A stretch of 64,000 bases of DNA from the human T2T-CHM13v2.0 reference genome, Homo sapiens: assembly GCF_009914755.1 (NCBI RefSeq), contig NC_060942.1; one strand, written 5' to 3'. Shown piece after piece: positions 1-14,477 of the stretch; within the stretch, counting starts at the first letter, position 1, and each line of letters begins with the position of its first letter. A program made the position numbers and the translations under genes. The notes under the pieces were generated by a model. It searched no databases, was not told where the DNA came from, and saw only the letters and a program-made list of their open reading frames with translations.

Positions 1-212
1 ACCCTGTCTCTACTAAAAATACAAAAATTACCCAGGCATGGTGGCGCATGCCTATAATCCCAGCTACTCGGGAGGCTAAGGTGGGAGAGTCACCTGAACC
101 TAGGAGGTGAGGTTGCAGTGAGCTGAGATTGTGCCACTGCATTCCAGCCTAGGCAACAGAGCGAGAGTGAGACTCTGTCTCAAAAAAAAAAAAAAAAAAA
201 ACAAAAACAAAA
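1..212 (+). mobile_element. Alu, 5' part cut by the window edge
   Basis: TCTCTACTAAAAATACAAAAATTA linker, right monomer GAGGTTGCAGTGAGC...CCAGCCT and poly(A) tail. Confidence 0.95.
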
Positions 213-769
213 ACTCATGTACTCCATAAATATATACACCTACTATGTACCCACAAAAATTTAAAAAGAAAATAATGAAGCACTGCAGATGGAACCAGCC
301 ATTATACAAACAAGCTAACAACCTTTTGGGAAACCATGTCAACCAGACAGTGCAATGAACCAGCCAGTGGGGATGAAAAGGTATCCACAAGGTTTACTAA
401 ATGACTGCCTTTCAAGGCAGTCTGGACTGCCTTGAAAAGGAGAGAAGACTGGCCCAAAGAATGCATAAGTTTAAACAAATCCTCAGATCATCACCACAAG
501 GCTGATGTCACCAAGGCTGAGTCACCATCATACGTGATTCCAGAAGCTAGGGCTTTAAGAAGTCACTGCACTAATGCAAAGGCAAGAAGAACACATGCCA
601 AACATAATGTCTAAGCAGCTGAAGGTGCTGTGGCACTTCCTGCTATTTACCCAGGCCAATTATGTCCGGTTCTAGAAGAAAATGGGATGAACTAGAATAA
701 CTTCTCCAGTGGTAAGGAGTCTGGATTACTAACAGTTCAAGTATAAATGTCTTTATCCAGTTGAATGGA

Positions 770-915
770 CCTCATTCATTCCATGAACAAATATTTATAG
801 AGCACCTACTATGTGCCAGGCACTGGTGTAGGTGCTGAGGATACAACTGTGAATCAAACATAAGCTCTGACCTCTTGGATTTCACATCTTAGCAAGGAGA
901 CAGACAATAAACAAA
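770..915 (-). mobile_element. L2 3' end fragment
   Basis: CATTCATT...AACAAATATTTA.AGAGCACCTACTATGTGCCAGGCACTG, typical of an antisense L2 terminus. Confidence 0.7.
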
Positions 916-1859
916 GACAAAAAGAAAGAACAAAGGGAGGGAGGCAAAATGTATCACTATCTAAAATTAAAAGCTGGGGTCATATGTTAGAGTGACTAGG
1001 TGACCTGAATGACAAGAAGCCAGCCATGCAAACATCTGGGTGACAGCTATGAGTTCTTGCCTCAGGTTTCACAGAATCATGTACTTTTCTTACTGAAAGG
1101 GACCTCAGTGATCAACTTCAACACTCCATTTTTTATATATAATGAAATTGAGACTCAGGCAAGTAGTATGATGTCTCCAAAGCCACTCTGAAAATTACAC
1201 AGGGACTTCCCTGTTTATTTGCGAGAAGGCTTAAACAGACAAAATGATAATTATTCAACAAACATGTATTGAGCCAGTACTTTTTTTTTTGAGCCCTGTA
1301 ATGACCACTCTAAATTCTTCAGAGGAAAATGAGAAATACACAAGTGAAGTAAGCAGAGACCCCTTCTGTACTAACTGCAGGCCTGACCATTTGATACAAA
1401 GTAGCAAGGAGGAAGATTTACATGGGTGATTCACCCCAGAAGGCTGAATAGAGGAGGTGGGATGAGTAGGATTTTGATAAGCAGGAAAGGCAGGAGGGTG
1501 ATCCCATCAGGAGAAACATACTGAATCAGTGCAGAAAAGACAAAGAATGGGGCGGGGAGGACTCAGGGAGTCCCTAGGAAACTAGGGAGTAGTTGAGGAG
1601 GGATGGGGCATCAAGACTGGGGATGGTGACACCTCAAACACAGAGAGAGAGTTGGGGGAAGAGGAGTTGTAAGACATATAAATGTCACCAGGCTCACCCT
1701 TTGCCCATCACTCAGTACCTATCACCTTCCAGCTTGCAGAGGTGCTAACATTTGAGGTACTAAAACTCATCTTGATCCTTTTTTCTCATCCCCTTCACTT
1801 TTTCTTCACAACAGGTGCTGCACTGGGTACCCTATACATATCAGCTCAAAATAATACCA

Positions 1860-2105
1860 GTTATCCACTCATTCATTCAGCACTTCATGCCTCCTATGTG
1901 TCAGGCATGAAGCTAAGCACTTTACAAAGAATATGTCTTGTAAGCCCCACAGTAACCCTATGAGGTAGGTACTTGTCATTACAATCTTAGCTAGCAAACT
2001 GAATCTCAGACAGGTTAAATAAGTTGCCTGAGGTCACTCAGCTGGAAGACAGTGGAGCTAGGATTTTAATCTCTGTCTTTTGAACTCCAAAGCGCAAGCA
2101 CTCTC
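1860..2105 (-). mobile_element. MIR (with adjacent L2-like tip)
   Basis: AACCCTATGAGGTAGGTA...TCAGACAGGTTAAATAAGTTGCCTGAGGTCACTCAGCT, MIR core. Confidence 0.7.
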
Positions 2106-2199
2106 TAATTTTTACTATGAAAATATTCAAATACAAAATTATATAGAAAGCAAAATCAAACTTTGCCTCCTTCATCATCTAGCCATCAGCCAGTCCTAC

Positions 2200-4340
2200 C
2201 TACTTGAAGACTAGAGGTATTTTGGCTCCCTCTGAAATTCTCTTTTTACCTCTTGTCAAATTTCCCAGACATAGCTCAACTATGGACAACTTGTACCAAC
2301 ATTTGTTTCACAAGCTATTACTAAGTCCTCCACACAGGAAATATGGAACGTATTTCCACAGGTTTTTGAGCCTTTGCAGGTGGCATAGTATTATCAGTAT
2401 CACATCTTTCTGAGACACACAAAAAAAGAATTGGTTAAAAGATGGAAGAGGAACAACAGGGATGAGGCATGAGCAAGTTCAGAGGACACATGTAAGCTTC
2501 ATGAACAGGTGGTCCAGGCCCACATATCCTCCACCCCTGTTGCCCCAGCACCATTTCTTCACTGTGAGGGAGGCCTTCAGGACCAGCTGATGTAGGAGAA
2601 AAAAGGCTGAGTTGCTGCTGCACTTCAACACACTCTTGGGTGACCCAGAAGACTGCAATGAAGGCAAATCTTCCCAGTAGTCAGAGCTTCAGGTGTTGCC
2701 CCATCACCCACCTTACGTGGGAAGATAAGTGGTCCAAGGCTAGGCTATACAATAACTCATGGACGATGGCCTAGCTGGTTATTCAGAGGATTGGCAGATC
2801 ATTTGGAAGACTGAGGACAAGGAGGTCTAGGAAGAGGCATGTGAATAACCTATAGGAAAAGAAGATGAATGATAAAAATCTTTATATTATTTGTTGATTC
2901 TCATTACATAGCATCTCTGATGGAAGACACCAAACAACCAAGTTGACAGAATGAATTGGCCAACTGACTTCAGCCTATTTTTTTTCATCAGCCACTCCAG
3001 TGCTGGGATGGTGCCTGATCACATTTAGTAGCAGTGATTGCACGAATGAAGCCTATGCATGGCCCCAGCTTACCAAAGCTACTTGCTGCTGCTGCTGCTG
3101 CTGCTTGCCACTGTCATCACCAAATGTCCACCCTGCCAGCAACAGAGACCAGTGCTGAGCCCCCAGTGGTGGTACCGTCCCTCAAAGAGATCAACCAGGC
3201 ATTTAGTGTCAAGTCAATTACATTGGACCTCTTCTACTCTGAAAAGGGCAGCAATCTATCTTGGCTGAGATAGACACCTGTTGCAGCTATGTGTTTTCCT
3301 TTTCTGCTACTGCTATCCAATGATTTGCAAGGTTTTAATGTGCCAACATGGGATTCCACAAAACACTACCTCAAGACCAAGTGACCCATTTTACAGCAGA
3401 GGTAGTATGACAAAGGGATACGTGACCATGGAATCCACTGGTTCTATCACATACTGCACTACTGAGAAGACACTGGCCTGAAAGACCAGTGGCATGCCCT
3501 CTTAATGATACAGCAAAGGGGCCATTTTGGATATTATACCCTGGAAGGATGGTGCACTATCATCCAGGACTCAACATATACCCTAAATGACCTATATGAT
3601 TCTGTGTCCCCAGCAGGTAGAATACATAGGTCCAGGAACCAAGAGATGGAATGATTTACCAATACTGCAACCAGTAATCCTCCTGAGATATTTGTTTTCT
3701 ATCCACTCAAGGTTAGGCTCTTTAGATCTAAAGATCCTAACTCCCAAAAGAGGAACACTTGTACCTGGGGACATAGTTAAGAGTCCCTTTGAACTTTAAG
3801 CTACAACTGCCACTCAATTACTTTGGGATCCTCATACCAAGAAACCAGCAATAAACTAAATAAATCAACCAACCAACTAGCAAGGGTAATCGACCCTGCC
3901 CATCAGGAGGGGCTTAGCTTCTGCTACACAATAGAAGAAGGGAAGAATATGCTTGGCGGTCAGGTGGTCCACTAAGAGGTCTCTTGATGTTCCCATGCTC
4001 ACCACTTAATGGTAATACACAAGAATAGCAACCATAGACTGAGAAGGGCACAGTAACTTGGGGCTCAGGACCCTCTGGGATGAGGGTTTCATTACTTCCA
4101 GCAGGTAAGTTACCCAGTGCAGCACAGGGAATAGCCAGAGTGGAGGGGAATGAGTGTGTTTAAAAAAAAAGGAGGGGAGCAGTAATAAGCCTTGAGACCA
4201 AACTGCAGCAGCAAGCGCTGTAGTATTTCTTACTAAACTTTCACTTGTAAGCTCTCAGGAAACGAGACCAACCAAAATTCAATAGAAGGCATTCCCAAAC
4301 ATAGTGCAGTTATTATAAGAAGTAAGTGGGTTTGAGCGAC
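2200..4340 (+). mobile_element. Degenerate ERVL-class internal region (RNase H/integrase/dUTPase remnants)
   Basis: Integrase-like TCAAGTCAATTACATTGGACCTCTT (~3209-3233; WQVDYIGPL-like). The dUTPase-like peptide LKILTPKRGTLVPGD is in ORF 3587-3799. Many stops and frameshifts. Confidence 0.7.
3084..3105 (+). repeat. (GCT/CTG)n trinucleotide microsatellite inside the ERVL remnant
   Basis: tgctgctgctgctgctgctgct. Confidence 0.9.
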
Positions 4341-4775
4341 ATGAGGGCTGGATGGGGCACACTAAGGAGATCTCCACCCAGATCCTCTCTTCAGCACAGA
4401 CACACTCAACCCCTTGCTGCTAAGAATACTGAGTGCTGGGGACTCACAGCTGAGTTACTCACCAGCAGTTACCTCAGTTGCAGGGAACTGCCTCATCCAG
4501 GATGACGGCCCCTCCTAGGGGACAGCCTATGGCCAATGACTGGCTTATGAAGGGATACAGACGTCTGACCACGTGCTTCAAACAGGATTAGCTCCAAGAG
4601 GCTCTCCCAGCTCCAAACTTCTGTGTAGAGCCACCTGAGACCTTTTTTGCCACAGGAATACAGGTCAGTTGCTTAATCAGCTTACAGGTGTATCTCCTGA
4701 AAACACCTGCAATAACTTTCTGTGTCAAGTCTATTTCAACTCTGTTTCCAAGTCTGTTTCCCAGTACACAATCTC
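4341..4775 (+). mobile_element. ERVL-type LTR (LTR16-like)
   Basis: Follows the internal region; CCACCCAGATCC...GGCCAATGACTG...AATAA...CTCTGTTTCC layout resembles the LTR16 family. Confidence 0.55.
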
Positions 4776-6490
4776 AGGCAGCCTCACTCACACCCATTAC
4801 CACATGCCCCAAGCAGAACAGCACTGGAACATAGAGCAGGAGAGTTTCTTGTCTTGGCCCCATCTCCTTTAAGTTCTCTATTTATTCAAACCTACCTACC
4901 CTCTCAAAACCTAGGTGGGTAATCCTCCCTCCATGCCTCATTTTGAATCTATGAGGGTACAGAGATTATTAAATATACACTTTGCAAAACACTCTGTTCC
5001 TTCTAACAGAAAAGGCCAGTGAAGACAGTAAGGCAAGGACATTTCTGACATTTTAATGTCAGAAAGTTCACATGCTGGTGTCATCGTAGACTAGTCCATG
5101 AGAAAGGGATAAGAAGACTAGGTCATTAAAGTCAAATGACTCTATGAAGGTCATTTAACCTCCATGACCCTGTTTTCTAATCTATTTTAAAAGCTTGCTC
5201 TGACTACCCTCAAAACTTTCATGAGACTCTTCTTGGTAAAGACAACAATACCTACCTCATGGGTTTCTTAGAAAGACTAGACGAAATCATATATTACAAT
5301 ATCTGGCACATGGTGAACACACCACATATGGCTAAAATCAAATGATAAAATGCCTGCCAATGACTTTGAAAACTCGAACATGCTACAAAAATGACAACAA
5401 TTATGATTACAGTGCAACATATTTAATATATAATGTTTTACATTTTTTCAGAGGATTGGCCTTGTGTCCCTAACATGAATACAGTTCCTCTTTTCCGTTT
5501 CTTTTAACTACAAAGCAACTAGTGCAGTGTATGCCATTTGGTAAATGCTTAAAACCTTTTGCCTGACTTGCAAGGCAGGGATCAGTGAGTAATACCATGC
5601 CTTGGTAACCTGTCACTACTAGAAAGTGCTTCTGTAATGTTCTGTGGAAGAGAGATTTTTTATTTTTTGCATTAGACTGGAAAAGGGGAGAAGGAGCTAC
5701 ATTTCCCCAAACCACCTGAGACATCACCCAATGATTTCAAATGCACTTCTATTTGTCTGAAAGTATTCTATTCAAGAGTTACTTCTAACCACCTGATATT
5801 TCAGGGTGCTGGTGTATGTGCACCCATTTTCCTTTGCATTTTATTAAATGAGAAACCAAGGATTGTATCTAGCCTGTGCTCAAACTTTTTAATGGAATCA
5901 AAATCCTCTAAGATTATCTTAAATCCGGTTAATATTTTTAAGTGGGACCTGAATTTAGCCAAATAGCTGGGTGGTTTAGAAACATGTCTATCTGTCTCCT
6001 TAAAGTGATTCCATGAATTTGGATCTCTGTGTCACTGATCCACTTCAATGTTGGCATATATATTATGAGGAAATACGTTGATAGAAATTCAAGAAACCCT
6101 CAAATAAGTGCCAGCATATCTCTAGATAAGGATATTTTAGACAGCCCTAAGCTATGTATTCCCTTCCCATGAGTGAGGCTTTTTCCCTTATCCCTCATCT
6201 CCCTCTCTTTATCTATTATTAGTGTCCTAATCTCTGCATCAACCAAACAGCTTTCTTTCCCAGAGTTATCTCAAATCTTACTTTCTACTGCCTTCCTAAT
6301 ACACATTAATTTCCAGAACTCATCTCACTTGCAAAACTTGGAATGTCCCTCATATAAATAATCACTGCAAATGCCAGGCCAGGAGCTTTGTTCAGCTTGA
6401 TTTCTCCCCAGAGGACTGAGTCCAAAGCATGCGCTGCCACCTGTTATCATGGAAAAAGTTGTAATCATTATAGAATAACTACCTAAGATA

Positions 6491-6804
<314 letters not shown>

Positions 6805-7599
6805 CTAAGATACTCTGTAGCATTTGGTGTTTGAATGACAGGTCTCTGTTTCACAGAGGAAACATACTACAGAATTTTTTTTTCATTCATTCCTATTATA
6901 AAATGTTGTTTCTTCACATTAATGATCTACATTGATATTACCCTGGAAGACCTATAAGATTCACTCATACTTGATTAATTTGAGACACTGATCCCCATAA
7001 ATCACAGCAGCCATATCTCAAGCTGACTTTTGCATAGAACCTGAAAACATATCCTTGCAGAGTTCCATTCCCTGAGTTACTGCTCTATGCCAGAGCAACA
7101 TGATGGAAGCATTAGTGCTAAAGTTTTGATAGTTGAGTCTATGTTCCTTTTCAGGATAGTGCCTGTTTTTTCATAAGATCTTCACTGGCTGAACTTAAAA
7201 AAAAAATGAGAAGAAACAGAAATTTCAGATGCCATGGAAAGCCAGGTAAAGGGTCATTTTTTAGCAAAAAATTCAGAAACTCTATCAGACCATCCCATGT
7301 AAATGGTCAATTTTATGTCAAGCAAATTCTTCAATCCTCTTCAATGCTGTGTGTACCAACATGCAAATGACCCAGCTGTATAAACAGACAGTGGCTCATG
7401 AGACTTAAAGGTTTCAGGGCTAAAGAGAAACACTCCTCTCACTAGCAAGACCATGAGATGAGACACAGAGTCCAAGCACCCACCATGCTGCTGTCCAAGG
7501 TCTTCATTCCTGCTTCCTCCTCCTCTTATCCAGTCTCCAGATGAATTTCACATCTGATCCTAACACACTTAAATAACAGAACTTGTAACAGAATGACCA

Positions 7600-7790
7600 T
7601 ATAGAGTGGTAATTAGAGGCATGGTCAGGCAGACCTCCATTCAAATCCCAGCTTCGCCATTTATTAGCAGTATGATCAAATTACTTAACCTAATTCTAAG
7701 TTTCCCTTTCTGTAAAATGAGGATAGTAGCAGTTTCTATCTCATAGGTTTGTCGTAAGGATTAAATGAGATCAAACAGGTAAAGTCATTG
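7600..7790 (+). mobile_element. MIR
   Basis: TTCAAATCCCAGCTTCGCCATTTATTAGC...TTACTTAACCT...CTGTAAAATGAGGATA...GGATTAAATGAGAT. Confidence 0.8.
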
Positions 7791-7796
7791 CATGTG

Positions 7797-7996
7797 CTGT
7801 CTTGTCACATTCAGCTTTGCATCCCAATGATCAGCAGAGTAATTTAAAATTTTTTACATCTTGATCAAATGAATAAATAAATCCAAAAGAGAGAGATAAT
7901 TGACCAGGAAGCATGAGAACTATTTCTAGTCCTGTCCCAGACAAGTGACTTAGCCTCTCCAGATGTTATATACCTCATTAGTGAAATGGGGATAAG
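7797..7996 (+). repeat. 200-bp direct repeat, copy 1
   Basis: Matches 8709-8908 with 3 substitutions on manual alignment. Confidence 0.97.
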
Positions 7997-8199
7997 AACA
8001 CACAGTATGGGTTCAGTCATTGCATTGTTATAGCCAACATTTGGCCACTCAGAAATCTAGCCACCACCAAAATATGCCAGCTGCAAAATTATCATCAGTC
8101 TTGTCTTGTCTGACTCTAGTCTTCAACATGGCTGAGGGTGAGGCAGGGGGATCCCTGAGCCAAGACCAGGAACTGGAATAGAATAAGTAATAATTGTCC

Positions 8200-8390
8200 T
8201 TGCTTTGCCACTTACCAGCTGTGAGTTTCAGTAGCCCATTGACCTTTCCTGGCTTCAGTTTCTTCACAGATAAACCATGAATAATAATGTTTTCCCTGTA
8301 TTCTACCCCAGTGAGTTGTAGTGACACATAAATGAGATAAAGTATAACATAATACTTTGAAACTGTAAAGTGATATAAAAAAGTATTATT
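8200..8390 (+). mobile_element. MIR
   Basis: TGCCACTTACCAGCTGTGA...CTTCAGTTTCTTCA...AAATGAGATAA...ACTGTAAAGTG. Confidence 0.7.
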
Positions 8391-8509
8391 ATTAAATTTC
8401 CAGCAATAGGTTCTTATCACAGCCATAGCTGGAAGGATGCTATTCAAACCTAGAGATCCATTTCTTCTCTCACTCTCTCGATCTATTTCTCTATCTATAT
8501 ACTAACTAC

Positions 8510-8535
8510 TTATCTATCTATCTATCTATCCATCT
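8510..8535 (+). repeat. (TATC)n microsatellite
   Basis: tatctatctatctatctatccatc. Confidence 0.85.
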
Positions 8536-8708
8536 CTGTCTCACTAGATAAGGGAAAAGTCTTTCAATTAGAGATTTTTTGCTTCAGAGTTAATGCTATA
8601 TGAGTTGTAAATTATATTCAATAACAATAGTAGTTTGCATTGGTAGAGTCTCCTTCCTATTGCAAAGCACTTTAAAACTGTCACAAGCTGGAATTCTCAC
8701 AGTAAAAT

Positions 8709-8908
8709 CTGTCTTGTCACATTCAGCTTTGTATCCCAATGATCAGCAGAGTAATTTAAAATTTTTTACATCTTGATCAAATGAATAAATAAATCCAAAA
8801 GAGAGAGATAGTTGACCAGGAAGCATGAGAACTATTTCTAGTCCTGTCCCAGACAAGTGACTTAGCCTCTCCGGATGTTATATACCTCATTAGTGAAATG
8901 GGGATAAG
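8709..8908 (+). repeat. 200-bp direct repeat, copy 2
   Basis: Matches 7797-7996 at an offset of 912 bp. Confidence 0.97.
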
Positions 8909-9029
8909 TATAGCTTGCCTCCTAATGCAGAAAGCTGGAAGGGAGTATAAATCCTCTTATTCTATAGATGAAATGAGGATAAGTGACTTTATGGCCTGGA
9001 GTTGGTAAATACTTAACATAAATATATGT

Positions 9030-9690
9030 TACACCCCACAACACAGTATTGTTTTGTGTAATCAGTGTTCACTTATTTACCCACGTATTTGTTCTTCCCA
9101 ATGCTCTTCAATCCTTCCTGCATTTGTTTCCAGATATCATCATTTTCCTTCTGCCTGAAGAACTCTCAAGGTCTGAGAGCAACAAAGTCTCTCAATTTTG
9201 TTTATCTAGAATTGTATTTCTTTTGCCTTCACATTTGAAGGATATTTTTTCACTGGATATAAAATTATAGTTCAGCTTCTTCCCTCAGTACCTTAAAGAT
9301 GCCATTCCATTGCCTCTAGCTTTCATATTATTATTCTGCCAATTATATTTTTGGATTATTTTTAAGCATTGTATTTTTTCACAGGCTTTCTGTAAAATTT
9401 GTTAGAAGCTTATTATGAGAGTTTTCTTTGTATTTATCCTTTTTGAAGATCATAGAGGTTTTAAAACTGTTACTTGATGCATTTCAACTGTTTTGGAGGA
9501 TTTGGGGAATTATGTCTTCAAATATTGCTTCTATCCCATTTTTTCCCTCATTCTATTCTGGACCTCCAATAATACAGGTATTAGGCCTTTTCATTGAGTT
9601 GAGTAAATTTTTTATACATTTTCCTATATTTACATCCTTTTTCCCTTTCATGCTTTAGTGTAAATGTTTTCTACTCACCAGTCTTCCGGC
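9030..9690 (-). mobile_element. Old L1 (L1M) fragment, antisense
   Basis: T-rich TTTGAAGGATATTTTTTCACTGGATATAAAATT...CCATTCCATTGCCTCTAGC, antisense ORF1-region signature. Confidence 0.7.
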
Positions 9691-11249
9691 TCCCCAAAAG
9701 AGTAACTTGGACGTCTACCATCACCTGCCAATAATGAGGCAGTCTTCCTACTCTTCCCTGGGAAATGTCAGAACAAGCTAACTAATGTTTAAATAAAATC
9801 CAAAGTCTCATAGCATAATACTCAAAACATCCATGTTTCAGTGAAAACTCACTTACACAAATAACCAAGAAAATATCAACATTAATTTTAAAATAAGAGC
9901 AATAGTCACATCACTAAGATGACAGAGATGTTAGAACTGTATAACAAAGATGTTAAAGAATCCATCATAACTGTTCTTCACTGAGCAATTATAAACATGC
10001 TTGAAACAAATGAACAAATCACCTCAAGAAAGAAACACAAGATAATCAAATGGATTTTTTAAAACTCAGTGGATGAGCTAGACAACAGAGTGGAGTGGGT
10101 AGAGGAAAGAATCAGTGGAACAGAAGATAAAACAATAGAAATTACCCAATCTGAATAACAGAAAAAAATAGACTGGAGAAAAATAAACAGAGCCCTAGGG
10201 ATACATGGGACTAAAACAAAAGAGCTAAAAATCATATAATTAGAGTCCCAAGAGATAAAAGGGCAGTGCTGAAAAAGTACTTGAAGAAATACAGCAAAAA
10301 CTTCCAAATTTCACAGAAGACATACACCAAAGATTCAGGAAACATGGTAAACCCCAACAATATAAACCCAAAGAAACCCACACTAAGACAAATCATAGTC
10401 AAACTTCTGAAAACTAAAGATAAAGAAAAAATATTGAAAGCACAGAAAGAGAGAAATGATATCTTGCCTATGTAGAAAATACAACTCAACTGGCAGTGGA
10501 TTTCTCATCAAAAATGATGGGAGCCAGAAAAAAACATGGCACAATATTTTTCAAGTGCTGAAAGAAAAGAACTGTCAACCCAGAATTCCATATCTGCATA
10601 AAATATCCTTCAGAAATGAAAGATAAATCAAGGCTATCTCAGATGAACATAAACTAATTTTTTTGCCAGCAGAACTAACCAAAAGGAATGGCTTTTAAAA
10701 ATCCTCTAAGTAGAAATAATATTAGAAAAGAAAAAATATTGGATTATCAGAAAGAAATATACAAAAAGCAAAAATATGAATAAATATACTAAATTTTTCT
10801 TCTACTCTTGATTTCTCAAAATTATGGTTGACGGTTGAAGCAAAAATTATAACACAGTCTGAAGTAGTATTAAGTAAATGTAAATGAAATATTCAAAACA
10901 AATATAAATGGGGAAGGTAAGGTATGTAAAACAAAGTGAAGTTTCTACACTTCATTTGAACTGGTAAAATGTCAACAATAGCAGGCTGTGATAAGTTATA
11001 TATATGTAATATAATACATAGGGCAACTGCCAAAACTATATAAAGATATAAATTTTAAAATGTAGTAGATAAATCAAAATAGAATTTTAATAAATTTTCA
11101 AGCAACACACAAGATATCAGGAACAAACAGAAAAACAGACAACAGAAAGCAAAAAATTAAGCACAATATATCAATAGTTACATTAAGTGTAAATAATCTA
11201 AATACATCAATTAAAAGACAAAGATTGAATGAGTGGGTTAAAAACCATG

Positions 11250-11460
11250 GCTACAGGAATTCGAGTCCAACATGGTGAAACCCCATCTCTTCTAAAATGC
11301 AAAAATTAGCCGGGCATGGTGGTGTGTGCCTGTAATCCCAGCTACTCAGGAGGCTGAGGCAGAATTGCTTGAACCAGGAGGCCGAGGTTGCAGTGAGCCG
11401 AGATTGTGCCACTGCACTCCAGCCTGGGCAACACAGTGAAACTCTGTCAAAAAACAAAAC
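11250..11460 (+). mobile_element. 5'-truncated Alu nested in L1
   Basis: CCAACATGGTGAAACCCC...right monomer, flanked by AAAAACCATG on both sides (TSD). Confidence 0.9.
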
Positions 11461-12021
11461 AAAACCATGACCTAACTATATGCTGCTGTCTACAAGAAAA
11501 ACAATTCAAATATTAACATAATGAAATAGGTTGCAAGTAAAATGATAGAAAAGGATATATCACGTACATATCAATCAAAGAAAGCAGACATGGCTATATT
11601 AATATCAGATAAAGTAAGTTTCAGAGCAAAGAAAATTACCAGCAGGAAGAACATTACATCATGATAAGTTCAATTTAATAGGAAGACATAGCAATCCTAA
11701 AGAGTTTTCACCAGACTCAGAGCTGCAAAATATGTTAAGCAAAAACTGACAGGACTGAAGGACAAATAGATAAGTCCACAATTATATTTGGAAATGTCAA
11801 CACCTCTCCCTCTCTCAGTAATTGATAGAACATCTTTTTAAAATCAGCAAGGATACAAAACTCAATAACATCATCCACCAGTAGGAACTAATCAGCACTT
11901 GCAGAACACACCACTCAAAAACAGGAAGTATATACATTATTTTCAAGCATTTATGGAACATAAACCAACATACAACATATGATGAGCCATAAAACAAACC
12001 TCAAAAAATTTAAAACAATTA

Positions 12022-12537
<516 letters not shown>

Positions 12538-13128
12538 TTACAGGGAAATTTATAGCACTAAATGCTTACATTAGAAAAGAGGAGAAGTTTCAAATCAATA
12601 ATCTAAACTCCCATCCCAAGAAGTTGGGAAAAGAAGAGCAAAATAAACCCAAAGCAAGTAGAAGGGAGGAAATAAAGAGCAGAAGTCAATGAAATTGAAA
12701 ACAGAAAAGCAATAAAGAAAATCAATGAAACAAACAGCTACTTCTTTGAAAACAGATCAATAAAATTGACAAAGCTTTAACTAACAAAGAAAAAGAGAGA
12801 CAAGGTACAAATTCCCAATATCAGGAATGAAATAGTGGATATCCCTTCAGACCCTGCAGAAATCAAAAGTATAATAAGAAAATCATATGAATAATTCTAC
12901 ACCATAAATTTTAAAGCTTAGATGAAATTTACCAATGCCTCAAAAAGCACAAATTAGCATCCAGTATGAAATAGATTGAATAGTGCTTTAATTATTAAGA
13001 AGATTGAATTTACAAGTTTAAAATTCTCAAAAAAGAAATCTGCAGGTCTAGGTGATTTCATCAGAGAATTCTACTAATTGTTCAAAGAATTAACATCAAT
13101 TCCTTTTTTAATTTTTTTATTTTTTTAA

Positions 13129-13472
<344 letters not shown>

Positions 13473-14061
13473 ATACTGTTTTGATATATGTATACATTAC
13501 AGAATGGGTAAACCAAGCTAATTAACATATCTATTACCTCACATACTTATCTTTTTTTGTGGTGAGAATATTTAAACATCTACTCTTTTAGTAATTCTCA
13601 AGTATACAATGCACTGTTATTAAGTACAGTCACCATGTTGTGCAATAGGTCTCCAGAACTTATTCTTCCTAACTGAAATTTTGTATCCTTTGACCAACAC
13701 CCCTCCAGCCCAGCCTCCACAAGCCCTTGATAACCACCATTCTATTTTCTGTTTCTGTAAGATAATTTTTGTAGATTCCATATTTAAGTGAGATCATGCA
13801 GTATTTTTCTATGTCTGGTTTATTTCACTTAGCATAATGTCTTCCAGATCATACAGTATTTATCTTTCTATGTCTGGTTTATTTCACTTAGCATAATGTC
13901 TTTCAGATTTATCCATGTCATTTTATCCATGTCACACACAAATGGCAGGATTTCTCTCCTTTTTAAGGCTGAAGAGCGTTCCATTATATACATTTCTCCG
14001 CTTTTTTAGGATGAATATGTATATATATATTCACACACAAATGCATGCACACACACACACA

Positions 14062-14062
<1 letters not shown>

Positions 14063-14105
<43 letters not shown>
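14063..14105 (+). repeat. (TA)n microsatellite flanked by (CA)n and (TG)n
   Basis: About 21 TA units. Confidence 0.95.
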
Positions 14106-14108
<3 letters not shown>

Positions 14109-14139
14109 TGTGTGTAAGTGTGTGTAGGTATATATATAT

Positions 14140-14477
14140 AGTAGTCTCCTCGTTATCCACAACTTTGCTTTCTGTGGTTTCAGTTACCCACAGTTAACCA
14201 CAGTCCAAAAATATTACATACAATAAGATATTTAGAGAGAGGTAGAGAAAGATCACATTTATATAACATTTATTTAAGTATACTGTTATACTTGCTCTAT
14301 TTTATTATTACTTACTGTTGTTAATCTCTTGCTATGCCAAATTTATAAACTCTATCATAGATATGTATATATAGGAAAAAACATAGTATGTATAGGGTTT
14401 GATAGTATGAAAAGTTTCAGGCATCCATCCACTGGAGGTCTTAGAATGTATGCCCTGCAGATAAGGGGGGACTACTG
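14140..14477. mobile_element. MER44A-like Tigger-derived MITE
   Basis: TIRs AGTAGTCTCCTCGTTATCCAC... and ...GATAAGGGGGGACTACTG, ~338 bp. Confidence 0.85.
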
